A stretch of DNA of 64,000 nt, from NCBI GenBank assembly GCA_963708075.1, contig OY970194.1:7200001-7264000 (forward strand), given 5' to 3'. Under the pieces are notes generated by a model, which saw nothing but the letters and a program-made list of their open reading frames with translations, ran no database searches and was not told the origin of the DNA. This DNA comes from Sedimentisphaerales bacterium (GTDB taxonomy: Bacteria; Planctomycetota; Phycisphaerae; Sedimentisphaerales; Anaerobacaceae). The position numbers and the translations under genes are program-made. Positions 8,727-22,024 of the stretch are shown one piece after another (within the stretch, counting starts at the first letter, position 1; each line of letters starts with the position of its first letter).

Positions 8727-10226
8727 ATGAATCAACGCGGAAAGAGTATCCAGTGCCTTACCAGAAACATTTGTCTGCTCGCTTTATGCGTCGGCCTTCT
8801 CGCGAGTATGACGGCGCCGTCGTTCTCATCACAGCAGCAGCAGTGTAAGGATATCGCGAGGCAACTGTCGCAGGCGTTTGCCGGCACGGCGAAGACTGCC
8901 ACGCCTGCAGTCGTGTCGATCACGGTGGAGAAAACTGTCGATGTGGCTCCGACAATGGGATCGGAAGATGAGGGCCAGTATAACAATCCGTACGGTCCCT
9001 TTGGGGACGATTTCCTGCGGAGGTTCTTCGGCGAGAGGCTGCCTCAGTTTCGCTCTCCCCGCCGGTACCTGCAGCGCGGGCAAGGCTCGGGGTTCATCAT
9101 CAGCAAAGACGGCTACATTCTCACGAATAATCACGTTGTCGGTGACGTGGACAGGATGACCGTCACGCTGACGGACGGCCGTACATTCACCGATGCGAAA
9201 GTCGTTGGGACGGATCCCGACTCGGAGGTGGCCCTCATCAAGATCGAGGGTGACAACTTCCCTGTATTGCCCATGGGCGACTCCGACAAGATGGCGGTCG
9301 GCGACTGGGTGATAGCCATCGGCAACCCGTTTGGTCTGACGGAGACGGTCACGGTAGGAGTGATCAGTGCGGTGGGACGCAGTAACGTCCATATCACCGC
9401 TTACGAGGACTTCATCCAGACCGATGCGGCCATCAATCCCGGCAATTCTGGCGGGCCGCTCATCAACCTCGACGGGCAGGCCATCGGCATCAATACGGCG
9501 ATTGCCAGCCAGAGCGGCGGCTATATGGGGATTGGCTTTGCGATTCCGATCAACATGGCCCGTACCATCGAGGAGCAACTGAGAAAGACCGGCAGAGTGA
9601 TCCGCGGCTACCTGGGCATGTACGGCCAGGCCGTGACACCTCAGATGGCCGAGGTTTTGAAACTGGAAAAGGCGGCAGGCATCCTGGTGGCCCAGGTCGA
9701 GAAGGGCTCTCCCGCCGCTCAGGCCGGGGTGAAGCCCGGTGATGTGGTCCTGGCGATGAACGGAAAGCCGATCGACTCCTATGACGTCTTCAGGAATGAG
9801 ATCGCGACCATGAAGCCGGGCACCAAGGTTCAGTTCTCCGTCATGAGAGACGGCAAGGTCACGGATATTCCGGTGGTTCTCGGGGAGCGTCCCACCGAGG
9901 CGGCGCAGGCCAGGCAGCAGCAGGGTACCCCGGAGCCTCAGCAGACGCTTGGCATTGAGGTGCAGAATCTCACCAGGGAATGGGCTCAGCAGTTTGGCTA
10001 CCAGCCGGGTGATGGTGTCATTGTCTCGCGTGTTGTCCCGGGCGGTCCCGCCGACGAGGCCGGAATCGAGCCGGGTGACCTCATCCGCAGCGTGAATCGA
10101 CAGCCCGTCGCCTCGACGGGTGACTTCGGCAAGGCGATCACCGAGGCAAAGAAGGCCGGGCAAGCCCTCCTGCTCATCCAGCGGGGCGAGTTCTCGCAGT
10201 TCATCCTGGTGCCATTTGCCCAGTAG
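8727..10226 (+). CDS. degP: Periplasmic HtrA/DegP (Do family) serine protease with two PDZ domains
   Basis: Signal peptide, GSGFII, TNNHVV, IQTDAAINPGNSGGPL, two PDZ domains. Confidence 0.93.
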   Translation: MNQRGKSIQCLTRNICLLALCVGLLASMTAPSFSSQQQQCKDIARQLSQAFAGTAKTATPAVVSITVEKTVDVAPTMGSEDEGQYNNPYGPFGDDFLRRFFGERLPQFRSPRRYLQRGQGSGFIISKDGYILTNNHVVGDVDRMTVTLTDGRTFTDAKVVGTDPDSEVALIKIEGDNFPVLPMGDSDKMAVGDWVIAIGNPFGLTETVTVGVISAVGRSNVHITAYEDFIQTDAAINPGNSGGPLINLDGQAIGINTAIASQSGGYMGIGFAIPINMARTIEEQLRKTGRVIRGYLGMYGQAVTPQMAEVLKLEKAAGILVAQVEKGSPAAQAGVKPGDVVLAMNGKPIDSYDVFRNEIATMKPGTKVQFSVMRDGKVTDIPVVLGERPTEAAQARQQQGTPEPQQTLGIEVQNLTREWAQQFGYQPGDGVIVSRVVPGGPADEAGIEPGDLIRSVNRQPVASTGDFGKAITEAKKAGQALLLIQRGEFSQFILVPFAQ

Positions 10227-10334
10227 TCTGCCGGCAAGCTGCGTTCGACAATGCCACCAAGCCAGGTAACCAGCCTGCGGGGTGGGCTCGTAGCTGCGCA
10301 GTATCCGTGCGAGCTGTGAAGGACAAGGGTATCT

Positions 10335-10742
10335 ATGGATGCACCGGTCTGGCCGCTGGCCGTCTATTTCATCGCCGTTGTGTCTCTCGTGGCGGCGATC
10401 ATCGTCGTGTCGTATCTTCTCGGACAACGTCACAAGGACCCGACCACAGGCGAGGCCTATGAGTCCGGCGTTCCGCCGACGGGCTCGGCGCGCCTGCGTT
10501 TCTCCGTCGATTTCTACCTCGTGGCAATGCTCTTCGTGATCTTCGACGTGGAGTCGATCTTCATTTTTGCCTGGGCCATCGCCTGGCGGGAGTTGGGCTG
10601 GGCCGGGTATGTCGAGGTGCTGATCTTCATCGGGATTCTGTTGGCCGCACTCGTGTACCTCTGGCGGGTCGGCGCCCTGGACTGGGGCACGGTTCGGTAC
10701 CAGAAGGTGCGGCGAAGAGAGGAATCGCATAATGTTCCGTGA
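10335..10742 (+). CDS. nuoA: NADH-quinone oxidoreductase subunit A
   Basis: YESGV...[14 protein letters not shown]...GALDW. Confidence 0.95.
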   Translation: MDAPVWPLAVYFIAVVSLVAAIIVVSYLLGQRHKDPTTGEAYESGVPPTGSARLRFSVDFYLVAMLFVIFDVESIFIFAWAIAWRELGWAGYVEVLIFIGILLAALVYLWRVGALDWGTVRYQKVRRREESHNVP

Positions 10743-11374
10743 CAATGGCTCGCCGGATTACTTCTCCCGCAGGCTGGGCTTGGCGGAAGAGTCTCTCGAT
10801 CTCCCAGCCGAGCGAAACATTCTGTTCGCCCGATTGCAGGACCTGGTGGCCTGGGCCCGCAAGAACTCTGTGTGGCCCTTCAACTTCGGTCTCTCCTGCT
10901 GCTACGTCGAGATGGCGACCAGCCTGACGAGCAAGTACGACATCGCGCGTTACGGCTCGGAGGTGATCCGGGGCTCGCCCCGCGAGGCGGATCTGATGGT
11001 GATCGCCGGCACGGTGTTCATCAAGATGGCGCCGACGATCAAGCGCCTGTACGAGCAGATGATGGAGCCCCGGTGGGTTATTTCCATGGGCTCCTGCGCC
11101 AACTCCGGGGGGATGTACGACATCTACAGCGTTGTGCAGGGCGTGGACAAGTTCCTGGGCGTGGATCGTCTATGTCCCGGGCTGCCCGCCTCGGCCGGAG
11201 GCCCTCATGGAAGGGCTGCTGTTGTTGCAGCAGGCGATTGGCATCGAGCGACGGCCTCTGAGCTGGGTGGTCGGGCCGCAAGGCGTTATCCGGCCGGACC
11301 TGCCGAGCCAGAGGGACATCAAACGATCCGACCGCCAAAAGACAACGAATCTACCGTCTCCGGATCACATCTGA
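10732..11374 (+). CDS. nuoB: NADH-quinone oxidoreductase subunit B; apparent +1 frameshift at ~11167
   Basis: [36 protein letters not shown] continues in the next frame. Confidence 0.93.
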
Positions 11375-11419
11375 GACAAACACCAACTCTCCTATAGGCT
11401 CTAACAGAATGAGTCTTAC

Positions 11420-11496
11420 CATGTCACCCCCGCGCAGGCGGGGGTCCAGGATCGTTCGATAGGTGGTTGGATTCCCGCCTTCGCGGGAATGACATG
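11420..11496. repeat. REP-type inverted doublet (CGTC/TGTC-class palindromes)
   Basis: CATGTCACCCCCGCGCAGGCGGGGGTCCA (11420-11448) and the inverted copy CATGTCATTCCCGCGAAGGCGGGAATCCA (11468-11496). Each unit is itself an 8-bp hairpin. Confidence 0.85.
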
Positions 11497-11547
11497 CGGG
11501 CAGCCCTGGCATGTCTTCATCGTATTAGAGACTCTTAGCAGGTCACA

Positions 11548-13296
11548 ATGGCTGTTCCTTCTGTCGTGGTGCAGGAACTCCGGGACAAGTTCGGGGCCGA
11601 GGCGGTGCTCGAACAGATGACGCAGGATGCGGTGTCGACGCTCTGGGTCGGCGGGGATCAAGTCACGGGCGTTCTGCGATATCTGAAGCGCGAGGCCGCC
11701 AAGCCGTACCGCATGCTCTACGACCTGACGGCCATCGACGAGCGGACACGCGCGAATCGCTCCAACCAGCCCGACAGCGATTTCACGGTGGTCTATCAGC
11801 TCTTTTCGTTCGACCGGAACGAATACATCCGGATCAAAGTCGCACTGAAAGGGGAGTACCCGTCCATTCATACGATTACGGACTTGTGGCCGTCCGCCAA
11901 CTGGTATGAGCGTGAGCTTTGGGACATGTTCGGCATCAAGGTGGAGGGGCACCCTGACCTGCGGCGCATCCTCATGCCGCCGTGGTGGGACGGGCATCCT
12001 CTTCGCAAGGAGCATCCCGCCCGGGCGACGGAGATGGAGCCGTTCCGGCTGCCCGATGAACGGCGCATCGAGTACGAAAGGCAGATGGAATTCAATCCGA
12101 AGCACTGGGGTCTTGAGACGCACAGGGCAGGAACGGACCTGATGTTCCTGAACCTGGGCCCGCAGCATCCGGGCACGCACGGCATCCTGCGCCTGGTGCT
12201 GCAACTGGAGGACGAGGAAATCGTCAACGTGGTGCCGGACATCGGGTTTCACCATCGGGCCGCGGAGAAGATGGGGGAGCGGCAATCGTGGCACACGTAC
12301 ATCCCGTACACCGACCGCGTCGATTATCTGGGCGGCGTGGTGAACAACCTGGCATACCTGCTGCCCGTGGAAATGCTGGCCGGTATCGAGGTGCCCGACC
12401 GGGCGAAAGTCATCCGGGTCATGATGTCCGAGCTGTACCGGATCTCCTCCCACCTGGTCTTCTTCGGCACATTCGCCCAGGACCTGGGCGCCCTGTCTCC
12501 GGTCTTTTACATGTTCACCGATCGCGAGCACATCCTGGGCATCACGGAAGCGATCTGCGGCGGGAGACTGCACCCGAACTGGTTTCGCATCGGCGGCGTC
12601 GCCCAGGACCTGCCGGTCGGCTGGGATCACCTCGTGCGGGACTTCCTGCGATACATGCCCGCGCGGCTCCGGGAATACGACAAGATGGTCCTGCGCAACC
12701 GCCTCTTCAAGGCCAGAACACAGGGCATCGGCGTATATACGATTGAGGAGGCTATCGAATGGGGGGTCACCGGGCCGAACCTGCGGGCCTGCGGTCTCGA
12801 ATGGGATTTCCGCAAGAAGATGCCGTATTCGGGATACGATCAATTCGAATTCGACATTCCTATCGGCCGCTATGGAGATGCTTACGACCGGGCCGCCGTC
12901 CGGGTCGAGGAAATGCGCCAGAGCCTGCGGATCATCCAGCAGTGCGTGGACAACATGCCTCCGGGACCGTACAAATCAGCCCATCCGCTGACCACGCCCC
13001 CGCTGAAGGAGAAGACGATGTACGACATCGAGACGCTGATCGATCATTTCCTCAACGTGAGCTGGGGCCCACCCATTCCCGCCGGCGAGGCGTTCTTCGG
13101 CATCGAGGCGACCAAGGGCAACAATGGCTATTACCTGATCAGCGATGGCAACACCGTCTCGTACCGCACCCGGATTCGCGCGCCGTCGTTTCCTCACCTC
13201 CAGACGCTGTCATGGCTGCCCCGCGGACTGATGATCTCGGACCTGATCGCGATCCTCGGAAGCATTGATTTCGTCATGGGAGACGTAGACCGCTGA
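11548..13296 (+). CDS. nuoC: NADH-quinone oxidoreductase fused subunit C/D
   Basis: [38 protein letters not shown]-terminal DFVMGDVDR; 582 aa, intact. Confidence 0.96.
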   Translation: MAVPSVVVQELRDKFGAEAVLEQMTQDAVSTLWVGGDQVTGVLRYLKREAAKPYRMLYDLTAIDERTRANRSNQPDSDFTVVYQLFSFDRNEYIRIKVALKGEYPSIHTITDLWPSANWYERELWDMFGIKVEGHPDLRRILMPPWWDGHPLRKEHPARATEMEPFRLPDERRIEYERQMEFNPKHWGLETHRAGTDLMFLNLGPQHPGTHGILRLVLQLEDEEIVNVVPDIGFHHRAAEKMGERQSWHTYIPYTDRVDYLGGVVNNLAYLLPVEMLAGIEVPDRAKVIRVMMSELYRISSHLVFFGTFAQDLGALSPVFYMFTDREHILGITEAICGGRLHPNWFRIGGVAQDLPVGWDHLVRDFLRYMPARLREYDKMVLRNRLFKARTQGIGVYTIEEAIEWGVTGPNLRACGLEWDFRKKMPYSGYDQFEFDIPIGRYGDAYDRAAVRVEEMRQSLRIIQQCVDNMPPGPYKSAHPLTTPPLKEKTMYDIETLIDHFLNVSWGPPIPAGEAFFGIEATKGNNGYYLISDGNTVSYRTRIRAPSFPHLQTLSWLPRGLMISDLIAILGSIDFVMGDVDR

Positions 13297-13323
13297 ACCC
13301 GGATTGATTCATGAAGGTACGCC

Positions 13324-13792
13324 ATGCTCACGGATGAAGAGAGAAGAGAGATCGACGAGGAGCTGCGGAAGTACCACAGGAAGTCCGCCGCCGCTTCCGA
13401 GGCCCTCAAAATTGTCCAGAAATATCGCGGCTGGATCTCCGATGAGAGCCTCGACGATATTGCACGATACCTGGACATGACCAATGACGAGCTCGACAGC
13501 GTCGCCACGTGCTACAATCTCATCTTCCGAAAGCCGGTCGGCAGGCACATCGGATCTTTGTCTGCGACAGCGTCAGTTGCTGGCTGATGGGCTATGAGCA
13601 GATCCTCGAGCATATCAAGCGTCGACTGGGCGTCGGAGTTCGGTCAAACCACCCCCGACGGGCGTTTCACGCTGTTGCCCATTGCCTGTCTCGGCGCCTG
13701 CGACAAGGCGCCCGTCATGATCGTCGATGAACGATCTCCACGTCGAGCTGAGCCCGACGAAAGTGGACGAAATTCTTGACCAGTACTGGTAG
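13324..13792 (+). CDS. nuoE: NADH-quinone oxidoreductase subunit E; several apparent frameshifts
   Basis: [18 protein letters not shown] and CLGACDKAP lie in successive frames. Confidence 0.88.
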
Positions 13793-13794
13793 CT

Positions 13795-15066
13795 ATGGAT
13801 ACTCCCCTCACACAGAACATCAAGCCGGACCGCGAGCCGTTGGACATCACAGAGTACGAGCGCGCCGGCGGCTACCAGGCTCTGCGCAAAGCGATCTCAG
13901 ATGCCGCCGCGAGAGATTCAGCAGATGGTCATCGACTCAAACCTGCGGGGACGCGGCGGTGCGGGTTTCCCCACCGGGAAGAAATGGAGTTATGTCCCCA
14001 TGGGCGAAGAGGCCCGCCATCCGAAGTTCCTGATCATGAATGCGGATGAGATGGAGCCCGGGACGTTCAAGGACCGGCTGCTTCTGGAGGGAGACCCCAA
14101 CCTGATTGTCGAGAGCATGATCATCGGCGCCTATGCCATCGAGGCCGACGTGGCGTACATTTTCCTGCGATGGGCCTACAGGCTGGCCGCTCAGAGAGTG
14201 ACAAAAGCCATCGCCCAGGCCTACGAAAAGGGCTACCTGGGCAAGAATATCCTCGGCTCCCCCTTCAGTCTCGACCTGTACCTGCACATCAGTGCGGGCC
14301 GCTACATGTGCGGCGAGGAGGACGGTCTGCTCGATGCGCTCGAGGGCAAGCGGGCCATCCCGCGGACCAATCCGCCCCATTCGGTCACCTGCGGACTCTG
14401 GGGCAAGCCCACCGCCGTCAACAACGTGGAGACCCTCGCCAACGTTCCCCACATCATCAACAATGGCCCGGAGTGGTTCCGCAGCCTCAGCCACACGAGC
14501 GACGGCGGAACGAAGCTGTACGGGGCCAGCGGCAAGGTCAGGCGAAAGGGAATCTGGGAGCTGCCCATGGGGACGACCCTGGGGGAGATCTTCCACGAGT
14601 ACGCCGGGGGCATGATGGAGGGGTATGAGTTCCGGGGCCTTCTGCCCGGCGGAGCTTCGACGAGCTTCATGCTCGAGGAGCATTTCGACGTCCGGATGGA
14701 TTTCACCTTCCCCAGGAGGTGGGCAGCCGGCTGGGCACCGGCACCATCGTCGTCCTGGACGACAAGAGCTGCCCGGTGGGGATGCTCTGCAACCTGCAGC
14801 GGTTCTTCGCGCGGGAGTCCTGCGGCTGGTGCACTCCCTGTCGGGAGGGCCTGCCCTGGGTCGAGCGGATCCTGGATGCAGTAGAGCGGGGCCACGGCCG
14901 GCCCGAGGACATGGAGATCCTGGAGGAGCACACCTGGTTGATCCGGCTGGGCCACACCTTTTGTGCGCTGGCCCCGGGCGCCATGATGCCTCTGGAGTCG
15001 GCGCTGCAGTACTTCAAAGACGATTTCGACGAGCATATCCACCGCCATCGGTGTCCCTGGAGGTAG
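13795..15066 (+). CDS. nuoF: NADH-quinone oxidoreductase subunit F; apparent frameshifts at ~13900 and ~14710
   Basis: LRGRGGAGFPTG, NADEMEPGTFKDR, YMCGEE, NNVET, ESCGWCTPCREG, TFCA. Confidence 0.92.
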
Positions 15067-15069
15067 GCC

Positions 15070-17817
15070 GTGCCCACGATCTACGTGGATAACAAACCCT
15101 ACGAGGTGCCCGAAGGAGTGAACCTGCTCCATGCCTGTCTTTCCCTGGGGTTCGACATTCCCTATTTCTGCTGGCATCCGGCGATGCACTCGGTCGGGGC
15201 CTGCCGCCTGTGCGCCGTCAAGCTGTTCGCGGATGAGAATGACACCAAGGGCAAGATCGTGATGAGCTGCATGACCCTGGCCCAGGATGGCATCGCGTAT
15301 CTCGATCGAGGATCCCGACGCCGTGAAATTCCGCAAATCCGTGATCGAGTGGCTGATGGTCAATCATCCGCACGATTGCCCCGTGTGCGACGAAGGGGGC
15401 GAATGCCACTTGCAGGATATGACCCAGATGGCGGGGCACGTGTACCGGCGATATCGCTTCAAGAAGCGATCGTACCGCAATCAGTATCTCGGGCCGTTCG
15501 TCACCCATGAAATGAATCGCTGCATCCAGTGTTACCGGTGTGTCCGCTTTTATCGCGATTATGCGGGCGGCCGCGACCTCGAGGTCTTCGGCTGGCATGA
15601 CCGAGTCTACTTCGGACGCCACAAGGACGGTGTCCTGCAGAGCAAGTTCGCGGCAATCTCGTCGAGGTATGCCCGACGGGTGTGTTCACGGACAAGACGC
15701 TCGCCAATCACTACGTGCGCAAGTGGGACCTCCAGACGGCCCCGTCGGTATGCGTGCACTGCGGACTCGGCTGCAACACGATTCCCGGGGAGCGATATGG
15801 GACGCTTCGCCGCATTCGCAATCGTTACAATGGAGACGTGAACGGCTATTTCCTCTGTGATCGCGGACGGTTCGGTTATGAGTTTGTGAATAGCTCCCGC
15901 AGAATCCGGAACGCGTTTGTCGGCGACGGCGATGGTCACCTGGCGCCCGGACCCAAGCTGACGGTGCTGGCGGAAGTCGGCCGGCAGATCAAAGACAGCG
16001 AACGAGTCATCGGGATCGGCTCGGCGAGGGCCTCCCTGGAATCGAATTTCGCCCTGCGCTGCCTGGTTGGACCGGAGAACTTCTTCATGGGGGTCTCCGA
16101 CACGGACGTGCAATTGATCTCCTTCGTCACGGACATCCTGCGCCATGGGCCGGTGCATTCGGCTTCCCTGAATGACGCCAGCCTCGCCGACGCCGTTCTG
16201 GTCCTGGGCGAAGATGTCTCGAATGTAGCCCCCGTGTTGGATCTGTCCCTGCGGCGGTCCATTCTGCGCAAGCCCAGCACCATCGCCCGGGAGCTCCACA
16301 TCGAGCCTTGGAACGACGCCGCCGTCCGCGAGGCACTGCAGACGGAGAGGGGGCCGCTGTTCATCGCCACGACACACGGCACGGACCTGGATGAGGCGGC
16401 CACGCAGGCGTACCACGCTGTGCCGCAGGAGATCGCCCGCTTGGGCTTTGCCGTGGCGAACAAAGTGGATGCGGACGCTCCAGCCGTCCCGAACCTTGCA
16501 GCGGACATAGAGGCCCTCGCGGAAAGAATCGCAGACCATCTGCTGGACAGCGAGCGGCCGTTGATCGTTTCGGGCACCAGTTGCGCAAGCAGACCGGTTA
16601 TTGAGGCGGCCGCCAATGTCGCATACGCCCTGCATCGCAAAAAGGAGGGCACCCGAATCTGCTTTACAGTGCCCTGGTGCAACAGCATGGGGCTGGGGCT
16701 CATCGGCGGCAAGCACATCGGCTCCATCGTCGGCGCACTCAAGGCCAGGACGCCCACCACCGTCATTGTTCTGGAAAACGACATCTTCCGTCATCTGGAT
16801 ACGGCCCAGGCCGAGGCCATTCTGCACGCGGCCAATCACGTCATCACGATAGACCACGTTACTCACAGGACAACCGCGCGGTCGGGCTCCATCCTTCCAG
16901 CCACTACCTTTGCCGAGTCTACCGGGACGCTGGTGAACAACGAGGGTCGTGCCCAGCGGTTCTACAAGGTCCTGGAGCCCACCGGCGACGTCCAGGACAG
17001 TTGGCGCTGGATCGGCGAGATCATGGTGGCGGCAGGGAAAAGCAGTTCCCCGCCGTGGCGAACCTTTGACGATATCGTCAGGGACCTTGCACGAGAGATA
17101 CGGGTTCTGGAACCCGTGAGACAGGTCGCGCCGCCGGCAGACTTCCGCGTGGCGGGCCAGCAGATTCCGCGTCAACCTCATCGCTACAGCGGCCGCACGG
17201 CGATGAACGCCAGCATTAGCGTGCACGAGGCTCAGACGAACAAGGATCCCGATTCCGCCCTGGTCTTCTCCATGGAGGGTTTCCCGGGCCAACCTCCTTC
17301 GCCGCTGATCCCGCGTTTCTGGGCCCCGGGCTGGAACTCGGAGGCAGCGGTCAACAAGTACCAGGACGAGGTGGGCGGCCCGCTGCGCGGCGGCAACCCC
17401 GGGCAGACGCTGATTCGTCCTCCCGAAAACCCGCACGGCATGTATTTCACTGAAATCCCTGAAGCATTCGAGAAGCGGGACTGCCATTTACTCGTGGTCC
17501 CGGGCTATCACATTTTCGGATCGGAGGAATTGAGCATTCTCTCACCGGCGGTGGCCGAGCTTGTGACAAAGCCTTACATCGCCGTTAGCCCGGAAGATGC
17601 GGGACTGCTCGCCGTCGATGGAAACGGGCTCGTGGAAGTGGCCTTCTCCAACATCTCGCATCACTTGCCCGTGAAGATCGCCCCCGCAGTTCCCCATGGC
17701 ATGGCGGTGGTTCCAATGGGGTTGCCGGGAATCCAGTGGAACGGCGCGCCCCTCTGGCAAAGACTGTTACGAAGTTCGGAACCGCCCGGAACGGAGTCGC
17801 GCGAGGGGAACAAGTGA
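15070..17817 (+). CDS. nuoG: NADH-quinone oxidoreductase subunit G (with N7 motif); apparent frameshifts at ~15295 and ~15650
   Basis: [42 protein letters not shown]...[20 protein letters not shown]. Confidence 0.92.
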
Positions 17818-18759
17818 TCAAATCACTGCTGATTATCGTTGGCCTGCTCGCGGCGATTCTGACCGTTGCCAGCGGACTGATCTGGCTCGAGCGCCGTTTG
17901 CTGGCACTCTGGCAGGATCGCTACGGGCCTAATCGCGTGGGTCCTTTCGGCATCCTGCAGGTCTTCGCGGATGTGATCAAGATCCTGATGAAGGAGGACT
18001 GGATCCCGCCGTTGGCCGATGCGCCTGTATTCGTCATCGCTCCGGCGATCACGGTGACCACCACGCTCATGTCCTTTGCGATCATTGTCTTTGCCCCGGG
18101 GATCACCGTTGTCGATCTGGGCATCGGCGTGCTCTTTTTTCTGGCGATGTCCTCGCTCGGCGTCTACAGCCTCGTGCTCGGCGGGTGGTCCTCGAACAAC
18201 AAGTACTCGCTGCTGGGGGGACTCCGGGCCGCCGCCCAGATGCTCAGCTATGAGCTCTTCATGGGATTGTCGCTCATGGGCGTGGTGATGCTGGCGGGTT
18301 CCTTCAATATCTGCGGACATCGTCGAAGGCGCAGAGAAACTTGTGGTTCTGCGTCCCTCAGTTCGTTGGTCTGGGTGTGTTCTTCATTGCCGGGCTGGCA
18401 GAGACGCACAGATTGCCCCTCGACCTTCCGGAAGCGGACAACGAGCTTGTCGCCGGCTATCACAGCGAGTACTCCGGCATGAAGTTCGGCCTGTTCTTTT
18501 TGGGGGAGTACATCGGGATCACGTTGATCTCGGCGTTGATCACGACATTCTTCTTCGGCGGCTGGCTGGGTCCGTGGCTGCCGGGCATTCTCTGGTTCTT
18601 CCTCAAGACCATGATCTTCGTGAGCCTGTTCATCGCCTTGCGGGCGTCGCTGCCCCGGCCCCGATACGATCAACTCATGGCCTATGCCTGGAAAGTCGTG
18701 CTTCCGCTGGCGCTCATGAACCTCTCGTCACGGGCGGAGTGCTTCTTGCTACCGCATAA
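17814..18759 (+). CDS. nuoH: NADH-quinone oxidoreductase subunit H; apparent frameshifts
   Basis: [55 protein letters not shown]. Confidence 0.92.
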
Positions 18760-18771
18760 AGAGGAGGCGGC

Positions 18772-19288
18772 ATGATCAGTCTGATACGAAGATCTGGCGA
18801 AGTCGTCCTGCACACGCTGCACAAGCGGGTGACAATCCAGTACCCTGACGCAGAGACCCCGGATCAGGCCGCGGTGGCGGGGCCGGATCATCCTGTCCCG
18901 TGATCCCGACGGCGGCGAGCGCTGCGTGGCCTGCTACCTCTGCGCCGTGGCGTGTCCCGTCGATTGCATCGCCCTCCAGTCGACGCAGGATGCCACCGGT
19001 CGGCGATACCCGGAATTCTTTCGGATCAATTTCTCGCGGTGCATCTTCTGCGGGTTCTGTGAGGAGGCCTGCCCGACGTACGCCATCCAGCTCACGCCGG
19101 ACTTTGAGATGTCTGAGTACGACCGGCAGAAGCTCGTCTACGAGAAAGAGGACCTGTTGATCAACGGGCCGGGCAAGTACCCGGGCTACAACTACTACCG
19201 CGTGGCCGGCGTATCCATCGGCGGAAAAGACAAGGGGCAGTCGGAAGAGGAATCCCCGCCCGTGGATACTCGCGCTATCATGCCGTGA
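18772..19288 (+). CDS. nuoI: NADH-quinone oxidoreductase subunit I; apparent 5' frameshifts
   Basis: [47 protein letters not shown] before ATG 18772. Confidence 0.9.
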
Positions 19289-19311
19289 AGAAGTCACAAG
19301 GCACTCTCACC

Positions 19312-19826
19312 ATGACGTTCGTTTTCTATCTCTCGGCTGCTGCGGCTGTTGTGGCCGCGCTGCTGGCCATCACGCGGGCCAATGCGGTCCACGCGCTGCT
19401 GTACTTCATCTGCTCGCTGCTGGCCACGGCCGTGGCATGTTCTTCGTTCTCGGCGCGCCTTTTGTGGCGGCACTGGTTGTGATCATCAACGCCGGGGCCA
19501 TCATGGTGCTTTTCGTGTTCGTCGTCATGATGCTGAATATCGGTCCCCAGTCCCGCGACCACGAGCGAGCATGGCTCAAGCCTCGTGTGTGGATTGGCCC
19601 CGTGCTGCTCAGCGGACTGCTCGTCATCGAGTTGGTCTATAGTCTTATGCAGTACCGGACCAGCGCGATCGCCGGACAGGTGGTGGAGCCGAGGCAGGTG
19701 GGGATGGCTTTGTTCGGTCCCTATCTGCTGGCCGTGGAGCTGGCCTCCATGCTCCTGCTGGCCGGTCTTCTGGGGGCCTACCATCTGGGCCAGGGCGTGC
19801 TGCGGTTCAAAGGAGAGCAGCCGTGA
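19312..19826 (+). CDS. nuoJ: NADH-quinone oxidoreductase subunit J; apparent frameshift at ~19437
   Basis: NAVHALLY, AGAIMVLFVFVVMML, YLLAVELASMLLLAG. Confidence 0.88.
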
Positions 19827-20133
19827 CGGCGAATGTCCCCCTCGGAGTCGGGCTTTCCATCGCAGCCGTGCTGTTCTGCATCGGTCTGGCGGGGGTCCTC
19901 GTACGGCGAAACATCATCATCATTCTGCTGTCCATCGAGACCATGCTCAACGCGTGCGGCCTTGCCTTCGTGTTCGCCGGCTCGCAGTGGCTGCAGCCCG
20001 ACGGCCAGGTCATGTACTTTTTCATCCTCACGTGGCGGCCGCCGAGGTTTCGGTAGGATTGAGCCTCGTCCTGCAGATGTATCGCTACTTCGGCTCTCTG
20101 GACGTCAACACGATCAACAGGATGCGAGGATAA
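19823..20133 (+). CDS. nuoK: NADH-quinone oxidoreductase subunit K; apparent frameshift at ~20030
   Basis: RRNII...IETMLNA, DGQV, VAAAEVSVGL. Confidence 0.88.
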
Positions 20134-20134
20134 G

Positions 20135-22020
<1,886 letters not shown>

Positions 22021-22024
<4 letters not shown>

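Noticed and set aside
8829..17487. Long antisense ORFs (e.g. 8829-10745, 11416-12843, 15607-17487)
   Set aside because: They are shadows of well-supported + strand genes in GC-rich DNA; VIPAKAGIQ in one of them is only the REP element translated.
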